Below are positions 33,165 to 39,322 of a stretch of 39,322 nucleotides of DNA, one piece after another. The position numbers and the translations under genes are program-made. The first letter of the stretch is position 1. Every line of letters starts with the position of its first letter. The notes beneath the pieces were generated by a model, which was not told the origin of the DNA, did no database searches, and was given only the letters and a program-made list of their open reading frames with translations. The stretch lies in assembly GCF_964213995.1 (NCBI RefSeq), contig NW_027592965.1, positions 2,473 through 41,794 on the forward strand, given 5' to 3'. Origin of the DNA: Mustelus asterias (Eukaryota).

Positions 33165-33820
33165 AAATTGGCAAGCCATGTTGCAGCTTTATAGAACCAT
33201 TGTTAGGCCGCACTTGGAATATAGTGTTCAATTCTGGTTGCCACACTACTAGAAGGATGTGCAGGCTTTGGAGACGGTACAGAAAAGATTTACCAGGATG
33301 TTGCCTGGTATGGAGGGCATTAGCTATGAGGAGAGTTTGGAGAAACTTGGTTTGTTCTCACTGGAATGACGGAGGCAAGGGGGGTGACCTGATCGAAGTC
33401 TACAAGATTGTGAGAGGCATGGACAGAGTGGATAGTCAGGAGCTTTTTCCCAGGGTTGAAGAGTCAATTACTAGGGGGCACAGGTTTAAGGTGTGAGGGA
33501 CAAGGTTTAAAGGAGATGTACGAGGCAAGTGTTTTACACAGAGAGTGGTGGGTGCCTGGAACTCGCTGCTGGGAGAGGGAGTGGAAGAAGGGTGGTGAAT
33601 CTCTGGAATTCTCTGCCCACTGAAGTGGTGGAGGCTACCTCGTTGAATATGTTTACTCACGGAGAGATGGATTCCTGATCGGTAAGGGAATTAGGGGTTA
33701 TGGGGTTCAGGCGGGTAAGTGGAACTGATCCACTTCAGACCAGCCATGATCTTATTGAATGGCGGGGCAGGCTCGAGGGGCTAGATGGCCTACTCCTGCT
33801 CCTATTTCTTATGTTCTTAT
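33165..33820 (+). mobile_element. Two abutting CR1 3' fragments
   Basis: GDLIEVYKIVRGMDRVDSQELFPRVEES.TRGHRFKV; the second ends GATGGCCTACTCCTGCTCCTATTTCTTATG. Confidence 0.85.
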
Positions 33821-33900
33821 CTCAGTCCGAAATGTCCTGCCCCCTTACTCTGCGACTATGCCATGGTTCTAGACACCCCCCCCCCCCCCACAAGCCAGCG

Positions 33901-36900
33901 GAAATATCCTTCCTGTATCTACTCAGCTAATGTTTGGGGGTTGGGGAGAGTTATAGAACAAAGAGATCTCGGGGTACAGGTTCATAGCTTCTTGACAGTG
34001 GAGTCACAGGTGGACAGAGTGGTGAAGAAGGCATTCAGCATGCTTGGTTTCATTGGTCAGAACATTGAATACAGGAGTTGGGACGTCTTGTTGGAGTTGT
34101 ACAAGACATTGTTAAGGCCACGCTTGGAATACTGTGCACAGTTCTGGTCACCCTATTTTAGAATGGATATTATTAAACTAGAAAGAGTGCAAAAACGATT
34201 TACTCGGATGCTACCGGGACATGATGGTTTGGGTTTTAAGGAGAGGTTGCACAGACAGGGACTTTTTTCCCTGTAGCGTAGAAGACTGAGGGGTGATTTT
34301 ATAGAGGTCTATAAAATAATGAGGGGCACAGATCAGCTAGATAGTCAATATCTTCTCCCAAAGGTAGGGGAGTCTAAAATTAGAGGGCGTAGGTTTAAGG
34401 TGAGAGGGGAGAGATACAAAAGGGTCCAGAGGGGCAATTCTTTTCACACAGAGGGTGGTGAGTGTCTGGATTGAGCTGCCAGAGGTAGTAGTAGTGGCGG
34501 GTACAATTTTATGTTTTAAAAAGCATTTAGACAATGACATGGGTAAGATTGGTATAGAGGGATATGGGCGAAACACAGGCAATTGTGATTAGCTTAATGG
34601 TAAAAACTGGGCGGCATGGACAAGTTGGGCCAAAGCGCGTTTCCATGCTGTAAACCTCTATGACTCGACCCTGCTGAGCCCTGTAAGAATTGTCCAAGTT
34701 TGAATGAGGTCACCTCTCATGCTTCTCAAGTGCATAAAGTAAAAGTCCAGTTTATTTTCTTTCCTCAGAGGACAATCCCTCCATCCCAGGAATTAATGCA
34801 GTGAAATGTCATTGAAGTCCCTCTCGGACAAGATTGTCTTTCCTTAGGTAAGAGGATAAAACTGTCCACAACACTCCGTGTGTGGTTTCACCACTAATTC
34901 AGCCTCTCCACATCCCCTTGAAGAGTCTACATCCTCCTCACAACTCACACCTGCTTTCAAGTCATCTGCAAACTCGGAAATATTACATTTGATCCCAAAC
35001 GCCCAAATCAATGATATGGATTGTGAATAGCTGGGCTCCCGAGTACTGATCCTTGTGATAAGCCGCTGGTCACAGCCTGCCACCCTGAAAATGACCCATT
35101 TGTACCTAAGCTCTGTTTTCTGTCCGTTAACCATTTCTCAATTCATGCCAGTATTATCAGGGTAAATACGTTGCATCACGGGGATAGGGCCTGGGTGGGA
35201 ATGTTGTTAGCGCAGGCTCGATGGGCTGTATGGCCTCCTTCTGCACTGTAGGGATTCCATGATTCTAATATGTACATACGTCAGTGAAGGTGGCAGGGCA
35301 CTTTGAGAGAGCAGTAAATGAAGTATATGGTATCCCAGCTTTTATTAATGGAGGAATTGAGGACAAGAGTAAGGAGTTCATATTGAACTTGTATAAGACA
35401 CTTGTTAGGCCTCATCTGGAGACTGCGCCCAGTTCTGGGCACTGTACTTGAGGAGGGATGTGAAGACATTGGAGAGAGTGCAGAGGAGATTCACAAGAAT
35501 GATTCCAGGGAATAAGATCCGTAGCTACGAGGGTAGATTGGAGAGGTTGGGACTGTTTTCCCTTGGAGAAAAGAAGGCTGAGGTGAGACTTAAGAGAGAG
35601 GTTCAAGATCCTAAGGGGTATCCACAGGTTAAAGAGTAGAAACTCTTCCCTCTCAAGAGATGGTCATGAACTAGAGGGCACAGATTCTAAATGATGGGGA
35701 AATGGATCAGAAGTGAAGTGAGGAAAAGCACTTCATCAAGAGGGTGTTTGGAATCTGGAACAATCTTCCTGAAAGCCTGTTCCAATATTCAATAAGGTCC
35801 TGGCTGATCTGTGATCTAACTCTCTGTCTCTTAACCCCTTGGACTAAGGAAAATCTATCAACCCCAGATTTAAAATAATAACAAGTGACTGAGCATCAAT
35901 AGCCATTTGCAGAAGATTGTTTCAAACTAACTCCACACCACATCTGGCAATGTTTCCATTTCTACAATTCTAAAATTCTAAACTGAGGCTAACATTCAAA
36001 TATTCCCAAATCCTGGAGTTCCCAGACAGCAGAAAAACTTGTTCTTTATCAGCCTCTCCCTTTCCCTCATTATTTTCAATGTTTGATTAAATCAGCCCCC
36101 AACTTAAATTCCAGCGGTTAAGAATAATGTTTAATCTGCGCTGTTCATCAAATGTTCCCAACACAAATACTGTAATGGGCTAAATACAGAGTAAAATTCC
36201 CTCTGCTCTGTCCAAGGAATGTTTCATCACAGATTTTTATTTTGAAGTTTAGGAAAAACAGGAATCAAATTGCTCAGCATCCCAGTGTGGCCTCCTGTTT
36301 ATTTCAATCAGCCCTTCACATTCAAACATGAAGTTGAAGCTTCGAATACTGTCTGTGGCAGCGTTTGTGGATTCAGTTGTTCTCCTGCTTTTTCACTTGT
36401 CTGAAGGATTTGAATTCTCGACATTGTTTAATCATTCCTTTCTCTCAGCACATGGAACTTGTGAATCTTCAAGGCAGACAATCTCATGTAATTAACAACA
36501 AACTGCATCTTTATTCATCCGTCCATTTCCTATCTCTGAATGGATCACACACATTTCCAGAATGCAGGAAGCTCTCAATGGAAACTGCTTCCAATTATTC
36601 CCCAATACAATTGTTCACACTTTACTGTGAACTACATTCCACTGACACTCCCAAAGCAGCCACAGAAAAGTGACTGGTTATTTTAAACATTGAACCTGAA
36701 CTATTTGAGCTGATGATTCACTCACATTGTACAGAAATGTTGATCCTGTTTTGATGAGAGTGATCAGATTAACATTGTAACATGAAGACAGCCTCCGTAC
36801 TGAGATTCACCACATTTACAACAATTCCGCAATATCAGACCCATTGCTGTGTGTTTTGTGTGAATCCAGCTGTGAAATATCTGGACATTTGGAGCTTCCA

Positions 36901-37336
36901 CTGTTTCTGTCATTTCATCATTAATTAAAGTACGCTGTTCTATCCCTTTTAAATCTAAGTTGTGTCAGTTTACATTTCCCTGCACTGAAACCTCTCCACC
37001 AGTTTTGTCCATGTACAAAATATGAATAACTCTTTGCAATGTGATGTTTCCAGCTATGCTGCTTACAATGCTGTCTAATGTTTTGTGTCATTGGCAAACC
37101 AGGATGTGTAGCATTCAGTCACATTAAATGGTCAATAAATATGTCAATACCGTGTATATCTTTCTGTGTGTGTGTGTGTGTCTGTGTGTGTGTGTGTCTG
37201 TGTGTGTGTGTGTCTGTCTGTGTGTGTGTATGTGTGTGTGTCAGCATGCATGTGTGTCAATGTATTTGAATCTCAAATATGTTCAGTTGGAGGCCATTTG
37301 ACCCATCGAGCCTGCTCCACCACTCAAACAGATCAT

Positions 37337-37388
<52 letters not shown>

Positions 37389-38164
37389 AAGAGAGAGGCA
37401 CACAGACACTCACGGACACACACACAGAGACACAAACACACACTCACGGACACACGCACACACGCAGAGAGACACAAACACACACTCACAGACACACATG
37501 CACAAAGACACAGAGAGAGACACACACACAGACACACACACACACAGGCAAAGAGAGAAACACACAGACACTCACGGACACACACGCAGAGGGACACAAA
37601 CACACACTCACAGACACACATGCACAAAGACACAGAGAGAGAGAGACACACAGACACACACTCACTCACAGACACACGCAGAGAAACACAATCACACACA
37701 CAGAAACACACATTGAAATAGACACTTGCACACACTTAGAAACTGTCTCTCTCTCTCACACACACACACACACAGAAATCCAAAAACATAAGCGCACTGA
37801 CACTCTCATTCCTATTTCTGTTTTACTCCTCAATGCCCCAACTAAAAAGTACTGGGATCTGAACTTGAAATGCTGGAACTGATCATGGAGGAACGAGTGG
37901 GGCCTAATAGACACTGAGAAGTTAACTTGTGTGTGAATCATAGAATGGTGACAGCACAGGAGGCCATTCAGCCCGTCAAGCCTGGATCGACACACTGCAA
38001 GAGCAGTTTCACTATTCCCAATCCTCCACCCTCTCCCCGTAACCCTGTCAATATTTTCCCTTCAGCTTCCCATTCAGCTTTCCTCTTGATGGAATCTTCT
38101 TCCACCTCTGACTCAGGCAGAACATGATGTGGAGATGCCGGCGTTGGACTGGGGTAAACACAGT
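33901..38164 (+). repeat. Segmental duplication copy B (same CR1/SINE/CR1 stack at ~33940-35780, then the same non-TE-looking segment)
   Basis: Colinear and near-identical to 11912-17153. Confidence 0.93.
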
Positions 38165-38349
38165 GAGAAGTTTAACAACACCAGCTTAAAGTCCAACAGC
38201 TTTATTTGGTAGCAAAAGCCACACAAGCTTTCGGAGCTCCAAGCCCCTTCTTCAGGTGAGTGGGAATTCTGTTCACAAACAGGGCAGATAAAGACACAGA
38301 CTCAATTTACATGAATAATGGTTGGAATGCGAATCCTTACAGCGAATCA
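38126..38349 (-). mobile_element. Penelope-like element terminal fragment with an 11-bp target-site duplication
   Basis: AGGCAGAACAT at 38115-38125 and 38350-38360; empty site seen in the older paralog at ~32040-32060; contains a hammerhead core. Confidence 0.75.
38219..38264 (-). ncRNA. Minimal type I hammerhead ribozyme (Penelope-associated)
   Basis: CCCACUCAC-CUGAAGA-A-GGGGC-UUGGA-GCUCC-GAAA-GCUU-GUGUGG: core CUGAnGA/GAAA, stem II, palindromic AGCU stem III, CAC/GUG stem I. Confidence 0.6.
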
Positions 38350-38404
38350 AGGCAGAACATTCCAGATACCAGCAGTCACGACGTTAAAAACATTTCCTCG
38401 TCAC

Positions 38405-39322
38405 AGATTCATACAGTGCAGAAGAGACCCTTCGGCCCATCGAGTCTGCACCGACACGTGAGGACCACCTAACATACCGACCTCACCCCATTTACCAGCA
38501 CTTGGCCCATAGCCCTGAATGTGATGATGTGCCAAGTGCTTATCCAGCTACTTTTTAAAGGATGTGAGGCAACTTGCCTCGACCAACGTCCCAGGCAGCG
38601 CATTCCAGACTGGCACCACCCTGTGGGTAAAACAGATTTTCCTCACATCCCCCCTAAACCTCCTGCCCCTCACCTTGAACCTATGTCCCCTCGTGACTGA
38701 CCCTTCAACTAAGGGGAACAGCTGCTCCCGATCCACACTCTTCATGTCTCTCATAATCTTGTCCACCTCAATCAGGTCGCCCCCCCCAGTCTTCTCTGCT
38801 CCAATGAATACAACACAAGCCTACTCAACATCTCATTTTTAATTTTGTTTATTAGTGTCACAAGTAGGCTTGCATTAACACTGTGAAGTTACTGTGAAAA
38901 TTCCCCAGATGCCACACTCTGGTGTTCGGTTACACTGAGAGAAAATTTACCACGGCCAATGCACCCTAACCAGCACATCATTCACACTGTGAGAGGAAAC
39001 CGCAGCACCCAGAGGAAAGGCACGCAGACACGGAGAGAACGTGCAGACTCCACACAGACAGTGACCTAAGCCGGGAATCGAACCTGGGTCCCTGGCGCTG
39101 TGATGCAGCAGTGATAACAACTGTGCCACCGTGTGGCCCATAGCTCTCTTCATAGCTGAAACACTCCAGCTCAGATGCATCCTGGTGAATCTCCTCTGCA
39201 CCCTGTCCAGTCCATTCACACCCTCCCTATAATGTGGCGACCAGAACCGCACACAGTACTCCAGCTGTGGCCTCACCAAAGTTTTATACAGCTCCAACAT
39301 GACTACCCTGCTTTTGTAATCT
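38405..39322 (-). mobile_element. CR1 fragment (minus) split by a type B V-SINE (~38846-39135)
   Basis: [32 protein letters not shown] (39140-39322) and DKIMRDMKSVDREQLFPLVEGSVTRGHRFKVRG (38405-38830); SINE head, core and tail lie between them. Confidence 0.85.

Overview
Gapped vertebrate genomic DNA, almost certainly from a shark (dense HE1-type V-SINEs, CR1, Rex1 and Penelope-like fragments). The informative part is a cluster of three T-cell receptor alpha/delta-type V segments on the minus strand (6.4-10.9 kb). Two are intact and one is a pseudogene. Each has a 46-nt leader exon, an intron, a V exon and a 23-class RSS (heptamer CACACTG; spacers 22, 24 and 24 bp). I found no D, J or C segment by eye. 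The best novel signal is a CTCF-type site, with its upstream module, 23-25 bp 3' of the RSS nonamer of all three Vs, all in the same orientation. This resembles the RSS-associated CBEs of mouse proximal VH genes. Also present: a ZNF-SINE chimeric retrocopy with a 5' inversion in the promoter of the pseudo-V, a 56-bp heptamer/hairpin minisatellite, a CpG-island promoter with a triplicated RFX+YY1 module, a 4-5 kb recent segmental duplication plus an older third copy, a candidate ITIM/ITSM terminal exon, a Penelope-like insert with a hammerhead ribozyme, and many TE fragments. All calls are by eye; no searches were run.
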